From positions 192,001 through 256,000 of the forward strand of contig JAOPTX010000007.1 of the NCBI GenBank assembly GCA_051532055.1: a stretch of DNA of 64,000 nucleotides, given 5' to 3'. The notes beneath the pieces are model-generated. The model did no database searches. It saw nothing but the letters and a program-made list of their open reading frames with translations, and was not told the DNA's origin. The stretch's first letter is position 1. Each line of letters opens with the position of its first letter. This DNA comes from Fibrobacterales bacterium (GTDB lineage Bacteria; Fibrobacterota; Fibrobacteria; Fibrobacterales; JAOPTW01). The translations under genes were made by a program, and so were the position numbers. Shown here in pieces: positions 9,489 through 19,194 of this stretch.

Positions 9489-11105
9489 ATGACACTACGT
9501 ACCAAATTTTTACTCGTTCTTATTCCTCTACTGGTAGTTTCACTTTCAGCAGTAATATTTGCGATCTATGGCAGTACTAATATTAAGGTCAAAACTGGGT
9601 TTGTTAAAAATGACATCTTTCCCATACTTAATAGAGCGGGCGCTCTGAACGATCATGTTAAAGCCACTAAGTCTGGTTTTGTCGATGCAATAAATGGCGA
9701 TGAATTTTTTGCAGAACAAATAGCACAGACTCAAAGTGCCTTTAATATAGACATTGATACACTCTATAGTATCACTCAAGATTATGGCCTTAAAGAGATT
9801 AAAATCAATTACAATAATTTTGTCTCCATTGCTATCACTACTGGCACTAAACTCGTAGAAAACCCAGATGAGTTTTCTGATGACATTAGTATTATTACAG
9901 AAAAAGCACAGATTCTTAGTATTCAAATTGAATCATATTTACAATCTAAAGAAAAGCAATTTGGCATAGCTCTACTCTCTATTGATGCATCTTCTGAAGA
10001 CTTTGTAAATGCATTTGCCATCGTAGGTCTTTCACTTCTTATTGTGATGGTTATTCTCACGAGAATTATTCTCTCCTCCACCCGAACTATTCGTAACCTT
10101 GCAACTGACGCTGAAGGCCTCTCAAAGGGGGACCTCAAAAAAGAGATTGAAACCACTCGATCAGATGAGTTAGGTATTCTTCAAGGGAGCTTTGAACGCA
10201 TGCGCTCATCTCTTAATGGACTTATCAATAACCTGGAGTCAAAAGTTGAAGACCGGACTAAAGATCTAAACCGAAAAAACAAAGCACTCAATGATACTCT
10301 CAGCAAACTAAAACAAGCACAAACGCAACTTATCCAGTCAGAAAAAATGGTTTCCCTAGGACAACTTACGGCCGGTATTGCTCACGAAATTAACAATCCC
10401 ATTAATTTTGTTCTCAATGGTATAACTCCCCTTGAATCAAATATTGTAGACCTCTTTGATCTCATGAAACTCTATATACAGCATCATAAAGAACCATCTG
10501 AAGCTCTGACCGAAGAGATCGCAGAACTGAAAGATGACATTGAATACGATGATCTTGAACCAGAAATCTTACAGCTCTGTAACAGTATTAAAATTGGTGC
10601 AAAACGCACTTCGGAAATTGTTAATGGTCTGCGAACCTTCTCACGTACTGACGAATCTGAGAAAAAATTAGCTGACATACACGAAGGTATTGATTCAACT
10701 CTTGCTATTCTCAATCCGAAAATGAAAGGCCGAGTTGATGTTATAAAAGAGTATGGACCTGTTCCCTGTTTGGAATGTTTCCCTGGCCAACTGAATCAAG
10801 TGTTTATGAATATTCTTGCCAATGCTCATCAAGCTATTGGCGAAAACAAAGGAACCATCACTGTAGGAACAAAAAAGGTTGATGACACCCATATTGCAGT
10901 GACTATTACTGATTCAGGCCCCGGCATGACCGAAGAGACTAAAGAGAAGATTTTTGAACCGTTCTTCACAACGAAAGATGTAGGAGAGGGGACAGGCCTC
11001 GGAATGTCAATAACTTTTGGTATTATTCAGAAACACAAAGGATCAATTACTATAGATTCGGAAATTGGTGTTGGCACAACTTTCACCATAACCCTTCCTA
11101 TGTAA
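9489..11105 (+). CDS. Membrane sensor histidine kinase (TM - helical periplasmic domain - TM - HAMP - HisKA - HATPase)
   Basis: Two hydrophobic segments; [67 protein letters not shown]. Confidence 0.93.
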   Translation: MTLRTKFLLVLIPLLVVSLSAVIFAIYGSTNIKVKTGFVKNDIFPILNRAGALNDHVKATKSGFVDAINGDEFFAEQIAQTQSAFNIDIDTLYSITQDYGLKEIKINYNNFVSIAITTGTKLVENPDEFSDDISIITEKAQILSIQIESYLQSKEKQFGIALLSIDASSEDFVNAFAIVGLSLLIVMVILTRIILSSTRTIRNLATDAEGLSKGDLKKEIETTRSDELGILQGSFERMRSSLNGLINNLESKVEDRTKDLNRKNKALNDTLSKLKQAQTQLIQSEKMVSLGQLTAGIAHEINNPINFVLNGITPLESNIVDLFDLMKLYIQHHKEPSEALTEEIAELKDDIEYDDLEPEILQLCNSIKIGAKRTSEIVNGLRTFSRTDESEKKLADIHEGIDSTLAILNPKMKGRVDVIKEYGPVPCLECFPGQLNQVFMNILANAHQAIGENKGTITVGTKKVDDTHIAVTITDSGPGMTEETKEKIFEPFFTTKDVGEGTGLGMSITFGIIQKHKGSITIDSEIGVGTTFTITLPM

Positions 11106-11107
11106 CT

Positions 11108-12607
11108 TCAATATATAAGTGGTAGACTAAAACAGATAGTTGTCCCTCTATCTGTCCCTTCACTCTTTGCCTCTATCGTACCCTTACATTCATGCGCTAT
11201 GTTTGCTGCATTATGAAGCCCAAAACCTGCACGCTCTTTTGTTGAGTACCCGAGTCCAAAAATAGTTGTCAGCTTTTCCTGATCAATACCAACCCCATTA
11301 TCAGACACACACGTATTTATTGATGCATCTATTACTTCAATATCAATCATGATTGACTTATCATGCGCTATCCCTTCAAGTGCTTCCATAGCGTTCACAA
11401 TTAGTGCGTTCATAATCACCGTAAAGCTACTCATATTGAGAGCAACAATACCATCACTTGAACTCTCAATTCGATACGCAATATCTCTTTGCTCTAACTC
11501 AAATACATGAATATCCAGGACACTCTCCACACACTCTCGCAGTGTGATATCCTCACGAATATAGCTACTTAATCTACTTCTATCCTGCTCTTCAATAACC
11601 CCTTTCATTGTTTTAAGAAGCGACATTATTTGCTGAGTACTGTGTTGTGCAACTTGTAGTTCATCTTGTAGAGAGTCGTCAAGTGAAAGATAATACTCTG
11701 CAAGAGTTTTACTTTTGGGATTATGGAGGATAAAATCCTCCAAATTACCAGCATGAGATTTTAAAAGCTCATTTGCCTGAAACAATTTTTGCAAAGAGTT
11801 ATTGTTCAATAGATCATCAAGAGATTCAGCCCGCACCAAAAGACTATTAAGTATGTTCCCTTGGTTGTGAAGTATTGAAGTTACCACCTCATTACGTCCT
11901 TTAAAGTGTGCTGCATCTACGAGTTTTTCCTGTGCTTCTTTAAGAGCTAAGGTCCTTTGTTTAACCTTCTCTTCAAGATCCTCATTGAGGACTTGAACCT
12001 TTAATTGCTCTTCAAGTGCCTTTTCAAGTGCCCTATTGAATAACTTATAAATAGCTGTAGCAACTAGATACAACAGTACAATAGACAGTATTCCATCCCC
12101 TAAAAATTCTGCTGCAGTCCTTTCATTTAAAAAACCTTTTGTAAAAGCGTTCTTTGTATAAAGAACCAATGCACCTATGTTCGCCAAATAAAATAGTATT
12201 GAAAATAGTGCAATTGGATTTACAAAAATTGAAAGGAAAAGAAACACTAGCACAAACTGAAATGAATCTGCAGAGCTTAATATATCTGTTCCAATATTAA
12301 GCTCCATAAATATAATCAACCAAGCTACCACATTTGGAATAATGACGAACATGTATGATGTTACTTTAAATTTTCCAATCCTCAGTAACCATTGCATGAT
12401 AAGTATTGCTACAATACCATAGATAAACGGGATAAATATAGAGAGATCAGGGCTATTAGATACAATGGAATAATAAATTACAATAAGCGGTGTAACAACA
12501 AACAGGCCCAAAGAAAAAATATTTATCAACCGCGCTAAATGCCGCGTCCGATAATCTGCCCCATCATACACCCGAGGCACGCCAAAGAGTCGTTTATTCC
12601 ATTTCAT
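11108..12607 (-). CDS. Multi-TM sensor histidine kinase
   Basis: Several N-terminal TM segments; SILHNQGNILNS H-box; NALIVNAMEA, DNGVGI, GFGLH. Confidence 0.88.
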   Translation of the reverse strand: MKWNKRLFGVPRVYDGADYRTRHLARLINIFSLGLFVVTPLIVIYYSIVSNSPDLSIFIPFIYGIVAILIMQWLLRIGKFKVTSYMFVIIPNVVAWLIIFMELNIGTDILSSADSFQFVLVFLFLSIFVNPIALFSILFYLANIGALVLYTKNAFTKGFLNERTAAEFLGDGILSIVLLYLVATAIYKLFNRALEKALEEQLKVQVLNEDLEEKVKQRTLALKEAQEKLVDAAHFKGRNEVVTSILHNQGNILNSLLVRAESLDDLLNNNSLQKLFQANELLKSHAGNLEDFILHNPKSKTLAEYYLSLDDSLQDELQVAQHSTQQIMSLLKTMKGVIEEQDRSRLSSYIREDITLRECVESVLDIHVFELEQRDIAYRIESSSDGIVALNMSSFTVIMNALIVNAMEALEGIAHDKSIMIDIEVIDASINTCVSDNGVGIDQEKLTTIFGLGYSTKERAGFGLHNAANIAHECKGTIEAKSEGTDRGTTICFSLPLIY

Positions 12608-12737
12608 TCAATCTCAATTACAACACACTATTATATCATAAAAACAAAATGAATGCAAAAGCCACCCAGCTATGTTTAACTAAAATGTTAATGAATAATC
12701 AAGTAAAAGTAATGTCTGCCCATAGGGCAAACGAACA

Positions 12738-12852
12738 AATACAAATTTCGACAAAGAGTAGGTAGATTCAAGGCGGAGCAACCGCAGGCGTACAAATGGT
12801 ACATCAAGAGAACTCCAACATCTAAGATGCCTGCTCTTTGCCGAAATGTATT
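12738..12852. repeat. Palindromic intergenic element, copy A
   Basis: Outer arms TTTCGACAAAGAGTAGG / CCTGCTCTTTGCCGAAA around an AGGCG...GCGTAC-AAATG-GTAC...AAC core. Confidence 0.7.
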
Positions 12853-13987
12853 AGAAGGCTTCGCGGATGTAGACCGTCAAGCTCAGACCTGATTTTTGTA
12901 CATACGAAATATCAGCCCGTACATTGAACTTATTTTGAGGGTTGAGCGCCACCCGCCCCCCAAGGCCAATTGAGTAGAGGGTCTCACCCATTTTAAAATC
13001 TGACTCTTGCCCCCACACCTGAAAGGCTTCGGCAAAGGTAACCATCCCCAGGCGCCACCAAAGTTCGCGTCGATATTCAGCTCCAACACTTATGAGATTA
13101 TTATCACGATAGCGCCCTGATTCAACGCCTCTCATCTCATACACACCATCAGGTGTGGCAAGGCTCCGAAACGGGATCGCATCTCCATAATTAACATGAT
13201 TATGTACCATTGTTGCAATTGCTCCCGAAGAACCAACAGGAAAATATTTAGACGCTTTAAATCGGTATTTAAAGAAATTGAATTCACTACCAAAATTTTT
13301 ATGGTACCCAAAGGTTTCTAGTTTGACATATTCACCTTCAGTAGCCCAATATTGATGATTTTTATTATCATACGTCATAATAAAACCAAAACCATTAGTA
13401 CGGGCACCATGGCCACCAACTGTTGTTGGGTTATCAAGAATGCTCCCACTCTCTTTGGGGGTAATATCTTCCTCTGTGAACTCCATAGTTACTCCAGCAT
13501 ATAAACCGGGAAAAAATTCTTTTTCAAGTAAAAACTGAACACCATAATTGGTTGCATCAAAAGCAGTGGAATCTTCTTTGCCACTCATCCCTATGCCATA
13601 ATAATTTGCAGGCCAGATGCTATAAAAGAAATATGTCTGCATGTGGTATGTTCCCCAATACATATCGGGCTTTGCAGAAACTTCCATCTGATTTTTTAGA
13701 GTGTAAAATGCAGCAGTCTCAACTGATGACGCATTATCATTCGGCTGTTCTGGTTTAAAAAAGTGTGCTGCAAAAACTCCTAACCGCCATGAGGTTTCTG
13801 TTGAAGAGACTATTATTGGGAGGAGTGCCCATTTTTGAAATTCCTCCTCACTCTTCTCAAGTACTGAGTCTTCTTCACTCTCTTGTAGATTTACTTCAAT
13901 AGTAACTCTAGTAGTATCATTTGTGGTTTGCGACCACCCCATTGAAATGAGACCCAGAATTACTCCGATACACCATTGATTCTTCAT
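12851..13987 (-). CDS. Omp85/BamA-family beta-barrel without POTRA domains
   Basis: Signal peptide; MRGVESGRYRD loop-6-type motif; AEYRRELWWRLG; ends YIREAF. Confidence 0.8.
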   Translation of the reverse strand: MKNQWCIGVILGLISMGWSQTTNDTTRVTIEVNLQESEEDSVLEKSEEEFQKWALLPIIVSSTETSWRLGVFAAHFFKPEQPNDNASSVETAAFYTLKNQMEVSAKPDMYWGTYHMQTYFFYSIWPANYYGIGMSGKEDSTAFDATNYGVQFLLEKEFFPGLYAGVTMEFTEEDITPKESGSILDNPTTVGGHGARTNGFGFIMTYDNKNHQYWATEGEYVKLETFGYHKNFGSEFNFFKYRFKASKYFPVGSSGAIATMVHNHVNYGDAIPFRSLATPDGVYEMRGVESGRYRDNNLISVGAEYRRELWWRLGMVTFAEAFQVWGQESDFKMGETLYSIGLGGRVALNPQNKFNVRADISYVQKSGLSLTVYIREAF

Positions 13988-13990
13988 CTC

Positions 13991-15010
13991 TTAATCCTCA
14001 GTCTCATCAGGAAATTGTTCACGTAATTTATACAAACAATCTTGGAGTGAAGAACGAATCTCACCCACAGTTTTTTTCATAACCATACTTGCTGTTTGTT
14101 CAGGTTCTTCATTGCGAAGTCCTTGACGTATTTTGCCATAGATCATATCATAGAGCTTATTGATCCGACTCTTCCAGTCACCGGTATAACTCCACTTCAC
14201 TTTCAGCAAATTCATATCTGACTTTTTCCATAATTTAACTGCTGTAGGAAAGGCAATATCAAGGATTGCCGAAATCAAAACAATATTTGGGTCATTAAAC
14301 CCATTCTTCCGTTCACCAGAGTTTATATAAAACTCACATTCATCGCGGGTAAAGTATTTTTCAAGTAGGCCAAGCGCTTCCGCAGTCTCTTCCACATCAC
14401 TTGAAAACACAGTAAAACCAGCGTCACAGTTACTATCCCAATCATTGGCAAAACGGGGTAACAATATACCCAGTTGTTGATGCATCAATTTAAAATGAGT
14501 AAACAAACAGAATCTTCCATCAACAAATCGATCGAGGGTAAAAAACAGTCCATCAAGTTTCACATGCATCGACGAAGGTAAATCCCTCCCATGTTCTTGT
14601 TCATGAGATTTTTGTAGAAAAGCAAGAGCTCCCTTCCAATCAAACTCAGTTCGATCATGTGCGAATGAAGGAGCGCCAATCTCTTCATTACAGATAACAC
14701 ATACTTGAGGTGCTTCTGATGAGATATCAACTGAAAATGAATGACCACACTTCCGGCAGACAATATAAAATGAGTCCATGTTCCTATTGAGAAGCTTTGC
14801 ATCATGCTCTAATCTGAGTGCCGAATTACCCAGTGTGCGATACGCATCATTTATCAAAAGCATTTTACTCGATGCAATTTGCTTAATCTCAACACCCAGT
14901 GTTGCAACTTTGTCAGGGTGATACTGTTTGCTTTTATTTCGATAAGCTGTATGTATCTCATCCTGAATAGCATCAGACGCTATTCCCAATAGTTTATAGT
15001 AATCTACCAT
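13991..15010 (-). CDS. J-domain (DnaJ-like) protein with a CxxC...CxxC zinc ribbon
   Basis: DYYKLLGI...YHPDK...INDAYRTL; CRKC and CVIC; start moved to MVDYY. Confidence 0.8.
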   Translation of the reverse strand: MVDYYKLLGIASDAIQDEIHTAYRNKSKQYHPDKVATLGVEIKQIASSKMLLINDAYRTLGNSALRLEHDAKLLNRNMDSFYIVCRKCGHSFSVDISSEAPQVCVICNEEIGAPSFAHDRTEFDWKGALAFLQKSHEQEHGRDLPSSMHVKLDGLFFTLDRFVDGRFCLFTHFKLMHQQLGILLPRFANDWDSNCDAGFTVFSSDVEETAEALGLLEKYFTRDECEFYINSGERKNGFNDPNIVLISAILDIAFPTAVKLWKKSDMNLLKVKWSYTGDWKSRINKLYDMIYGKIRQGLRNEEPEQTASMVMKKTVGEIRSSLQDCLYKLREQFPDETED

Positions 15011-15015
15011 AGTAC

Positions 15016-16011
15016 TCACGTATTTTTTACCACTCCATTTGCCAAGTATGCATTCCAAGTAGATTCTAAAAGAGTCTTCACATCACTACACTCTGCCTTC
15101 CAACCAAGAAGATCAAATGCTTTCTGAGACGAAGCATACAGATCTGCAGGGTCGCCCGCGCGCCTTCCCACAATATCATAAGCAATATCTCGGCCTGTAA
15201 TCTCTTTTGCGGTATTGATCATCTCAAGTACACTGACACCATTTCCAGTACCTAAATTTACCGTCAAACTTTTATTCTCTTTTTCAATATATTGAAGACT
15301 CATAACATGGGCACGAGCTAGGTCTGTTACATGGATATAATCACGAACACCAGTCCCATCAACCGTATCATAGTCATCACCAAATACCATTAATTTCTCA
15401 CGCATACCCGCTGCAGCCTCCATCACCACAGGGAGTAAATTTGCGGGTCCTTTTTCAAGACCACTACATTCACCGGTCACATCATATCCTGCGGCATTAA
15501 AATAGCGGAGTGCTGCAAACCTCACCCCTTTAAGTTCGTCATACCACTTCATGAAACGTTCAATTTCGAGTTTCGTAAAACCGTAATAATTCTCAGGATT
15601 AGTAGGATGATTTTCATCCATAGGGAGGTACTCAGGTGCACCATAAGTCGCTGCTGAAGATGAGAAAACAATCGCCTTAATACCACATTCAGAACAAGCA
15701 TTTAAAATATTGACTGAACCTGTAATATTATTCACTGAATATTTTTCCGGAGCCTCCATTGACTCACCAGCAGCTTTCAATGCTGCAAGATGTATCACTG
15801 CATCAATTTTTTTACTCTTCATTGTCTCAACGAGTGTATCATAATCAAGAATATCAGCTTCAACGAGAGTTGAGTCACGAAGAATATTTGACTTAAAACC
15901 CGATGATAAATTGTCGTATACTACAACGTTATATTCATTATCAAGAAGTTCTTTTGAAACATGTGAGCCAATATATCCTGCTCCGCCAATTACTAATACG
16001 TTTTTCATCAC
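15016..16011 (-). CDS. galE: UDP-glucose 4-epimerase
   Basis: GGAGYIGSH, FSSSAATYG, YGFTK, LRYFNAAG, DGTGVRDYIHV. Confidence 0.96.
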   Translation of the reverse strand: MMKNVLVIGGAGYIGSHVSKELLDNEYNVVVYDNLSSGFKSNILRDSTLVEADILDYDTLVETMKSKKIDAVIHLAALKAAGESMEAPEKYSVNNITGSVNILNACSECGIKAIVFSSSAATYGAPEYLPMDENHPTNPENYYGFTKLEIERFMKWYDELKGVRFAALRYFNAAGYDVTGECSGLEKGPANLLPVVMEAAAGMREKLMVFGDDYDTVDGTGVRDYIHVTDLARAHVMSLQYIEKENKSLTVNLGTGNGVSVLEMINTAKEITGRDIAYDIVGRRAGDPADLYASSQKAFDLLGWKAECSDVKTLLESTWNAYLANGVVKNT

Positions 16012-16071
16012 TTACCTTATTGAGAGTAAGTTATACGCTATGTTACTTACCCATTTGGTTACATTTATACT

Positions 16072-17199
16072 ATGCAGTGTCCAAAATGTCATACTCAACA
16101 AACACAGAAGAGTCAAACCTGCTCATGCTGTGGTGCTCCACTCAATCCCTATCGTACCCTCATTGGGATAGTGGGGTTGGTAATTGCACTTGTCACCGCA
16201 CTCTTTCTCTTAAATATGCATAATTCTATAGAGGAATACCCCAAATTTGCCCAAAAATTGCCTGATTCGGCAACAATTGACACAATTGATATGCACCAAG
16301 AGAGCATGACCAGGCTCTGGAATGCAGGAAATTATGAAGAAGCTTTTCAGCATGCACTCGCGGTACATCGTCACGATTCACTCAATGCTACTTCTCGCTA
16401 CATTCAAGCACTTTTTTGGTTTAAAACAGGGAATATTGATCGTTCCCTCAGAATATTCTCAACCATACAATCCGATACTATCTATAGTGACAATGCGCTC
16501 ACTTGGATCAATAAAATTAAACTTAAACAGGCTGAACGTGACAGACTCAGCCACTGTGCCTCTGAACATTTCTTTATCCGTTATGAGGGGTCAACTGCTT
16601 TTACCTATTGTGACACCCTTATCATTCTTTTTGAAAAGGCAGCAGCAACCCTTTCACAGGCCCTCAACTATTACCCTATGGATCCCTTTGAAGTGGTACT
16701 CTTTAATGATCCTATATTTAAAGGGCTGCACACTATTCCCGAGTGGGCTGCCGCTCACTTTGATGGAACCATTCGAATCCCCATCCAATCTCTCAATACC
16801 TATCCATCACTCAATACATTAGTCACTCACGAACTCACCCATGCTTATCTTTCACATATAAACCCTCTTATTCCCTCATGGATTCACGAAGGAACGGCTC
16901 AATATTTTGATCAATCCGAGAGAGACTCAACAGTATTGACCACAATGACTTGGCCCACACCATCTACGATACAATTCTCATTTTCTACAGTGACTAAACA
17001 TTCACCCATCTCCCTTCGGTACCACATCGCGGCCCAATTAATCACCACACTTTTTATTGACAACCCTATCCAACTCTTTAAGCCATTTCTCAAGGAGTAC
17101 GATAAGGACGCCCCCAATGACGCCCTCAAAAAGCACTATGATATTACCTTTGAAAAGCTATATTCTGTAACACACGCTCGTTGGAGACTTAAAGAATGA
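16072..17199 (+). CDS. Membrane-anchored zinc-ribbon/TPR protein with a gluzincin (peptidase MA-like) domain
   Basis: CPKC...CSCC, one TM segment, TPR-like helices, LVTHELTH...PSWIHEGTAQY; ATGA overlap with asnS. Confidence 0.75.
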   Translation: MQCPKCHTQQTQKSQTCSCCGAPLNPYRTLIGIVGLVIALVTALFLLNMHNSIEEYPKFAQKLPDSATIDTIDMHQESMTRLWNAGNYEEAFQHALAVHRHDSLNATSRYIQALFWFKTGNIDRSLRIFSTIQSDTIYSDNALTWINKIKLKQAERDRLSHCASEHFFIRYEGSTAFTYCDTLIILFEKAAATLSQALNYYPMDPFEVVLFNDPIFKGLHTIPEWAAAHFDGTIRIPIQSLNTYPSLNTLVTHELTHAYLSHINPLIPSWIHEGTAQYFDQSERDSTVLTTMTWPTPSTIQFSFSTVTKHSPISLRYHIAAQLITTLFIDNPIQLFKPFLKEYDKDAPNDALKKHYDITFEKLYSVTHARWRLKE

Positions 17200-18488
17200 C
17201 TGAAACAACTATTGCAAAACTTCCCGAACATATCGACACCGAAATAACATTATTTGGTTGGGCATGGCATCAGCGCGGAAGTGGCAAAGTCCGATTCATA
17301 AAGGTTCGCGATGGAAGCGGCTTTGTTCAAGCTGTCATTGGGAAAGAGGATGTGGGCGAAGCACTTTTTGAAGTTGCACGACATATTTCTCAGGAATCTT
17401 CTATTAAAGTTGTCGCTACTGTCGTTGCAAATGACCGAGACCCTCTTGGTGTTGAACTTCTCGTTTCACATATTGAAGTAATTAGCGAGTCCAAAGACTA
17501 CCCTATTACCCCTAAAGAGCATGGTACCGATTTTTTAATGGACAATCGCCACCTTTGGCTCAGGTCTCCTCGTCAGCATGCCATCCTCCAAGTACGTCAT
17601 CAGATTATCACTTCAATTCGGAGCTATTTTGATACTGATGGATTCACCTTAGTTGATGCCCCTATTTTCACTCCAAATGCCTGTGAAGGAACCAGTACAC
17701 TCTTCGAAACTGACTATTTTGGACAATCAGCCTACCTCTCTCAGAGCGGACAACTCTACATGGAAGCTGCAGCAATGGCAGTGGGAAAAGCTTATTGCCT
17801 TGGCCCAACCTTTAGAGCAGAAAATTCAAATACACGTCGTCACCTCACTGAATTCTGGATGGTTGAACCTGAAGTTGCCCATCTCGAGCTTGATGGCGAT
17901 ATGGATCTAGCTGAAGGTCTTTTACAAAAAATCATTACTGATGTTTTAGCCAACTGTGCCATCCAACTTGACACTCTTAAGCGAGACACTGATCTACTTA
18001 AAAAGAGCCTCACCCCCTTTGCCCGTATCTCCTACGACGATGCAGTCGCCATTTTAAAAGCAGAAGGGATCGATTTTACTTGGGGCGCTGATTTTGGTGG
18101 CGGTGATGAAACTGTTATCTCAAGTAAATTTGACACTCCTGTCATTGTACACCGCTACCCTGTGGACATCAAACCATTTTATATGAAAAAAGACCCTGAG
18201 AACTCTAAAGTATGCCTTAATATGGATATCCTTGCGCCAGAAGGATATGGTGAAATTATCGGAGGTAGTGAACGTGAAGCATCTCTCGATGTACTTCTTG
18301 AAGGTATCAAAAAACATGATCTTGATCCTCAACTATTTGACTGGTATCTTGACCTCCGGAAATATGGTTCAGTCCCTCATGCCGGATTTGGCTTAGGAAT
18401 TGAGCGTACCGTCGCATGGGTATGTGGCCTTTCTCATGTGAGAGAAACCATCCCCTTTCCTCGACTACCTCGAAGAATTCGCCCTTAA
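17196..18488 (+). CDS. asnS: Asparagine--tRNA ligase
   Basis: RHLWLRS, LSQSGQLY, GPTFRAE, RRHLTEFWM, GEIIGGSERE, PHAGFGLGIER. Confidence 0.96.
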   Translation: MTETTIAKLPEHIDTEITLFGWAWHQRGSGKVRFIKVRDGSGFVQAVIGKEDVGEALFEVARHISQESSIKVVATVVANDRDPLGVELLVSHIEVISESKDYPITPKEHGTDFLMDNRHLWLRSPRQHAILQVRHQIITSIRSYFDTDGFTLVDAPIFTPNACEGTSTLFETDYFGQSAYLSQSGQLYMEAAAMAVGKAYCLGPTFRAENSNTRRHLTEFWMVEPEVAHLELDGDMDLAEGLLQKIITDVLANCAIQLDTLKRDTDLLKKSLTPFARISYDDAVAILKAEGIDFTWGADFGGGDETVISSKFDTPVIVHRYPVDIKPFYMKKDPENSKVCLNMDILAPEGYGEIIGGSEREASLDVLLEGIKKHDLDPQLFDWYLDLRKYGSVPHAGFGLGIERTVAWVCGLSHVRETIPFPRLPRRIRP

Positions 18489-18590
18489 ATTTCACATAAA
18501 AGTGGTTAATGTAAGCCATTTTTGAGCAATACAAGGCAATTAATAGCCTCTTTTCATTCATTTTGTTATTTTATATCCAACAGAATAACC

Positions 18591-19130
18591 ATGGTAAATC
18601 CAATGAAATTTATTGTACTCCTTATTGCGGCACTCCTTACAACTACCGTGAGTGCACAACGTCTCCCTGTAGAAGTTACTGGACCTATTCCAGAAATTGA
18701 TAAAAACGGCATTGAGCAGGTAATGAATTTTAAAGTACCCCTTGCAGGTATTTCCGATCAAGGTCTCAAATTTGATACCTTCAAAAACCGCCCTCTCTTT
18801 ATCTTCTACTTCTCAGCAAAATGTCCTCACTGTGTTAAAACATTCCCAAAAATTCAAAAAGTTTCTGACGAGTTTACCGCTAAAGGCCTTACTACTATTG
18901 CTGTAGCCGTATCGGGTAATAAAAAGTCAGACATTAGATCATTCATGAGAGATGTTGGTGTACGCGTTCCTATGCTCCAAGATAAAGATCGTAAATTTTC
19001 TGATGCTTATGGAACAGGAAGTGTTCCTCTTGGTGTATTGGTACTCCCTGATGGACACTATATCCGCTACAAAAATATGGGCGCTGAAATCGAGCATTTG
19101 AAAAACAAACTCAACGACATTTTGAAATAA
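18591..19130 (+). CDS. Secreted TlpA/ResA-like thioredoxin-fold protein
   Basis: Signal peptide; FSAKCPHC; start uncertain (18591 or 18603). Confidence 0.82.
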   Translation: MVNPMKFIVLLIAALLTTTVSAQRLPVEVTGPIPEIDKNGIEQVMNFKVPLAGISDQGLKFDTFKNRPLFIFYFSAKCPHCVKTFPKIQKVSDEFTAKGLTTIAVAVSGNKKSDIRSFMRDVGVRVPMLQDKDRKFSDAYGTGSVPLGVLVLPDGHYIRYKNMGAEIEHLKNKLNDILK

Positions 19131-19151
19131 CACTCCCACGAATTTTATCAT

Positions 19152-19180
19152 AAAATGCTGCTCTCAAAGGCGGCATTTTT
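19152..19180 (+). terminator. Rho-independent terminator
   Basis: AAAATGCTGC-loop-GCGGCATTTTT. Confidence 0.75.
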
Positions 19181-19194
19181 TGTACCTGCACTTT

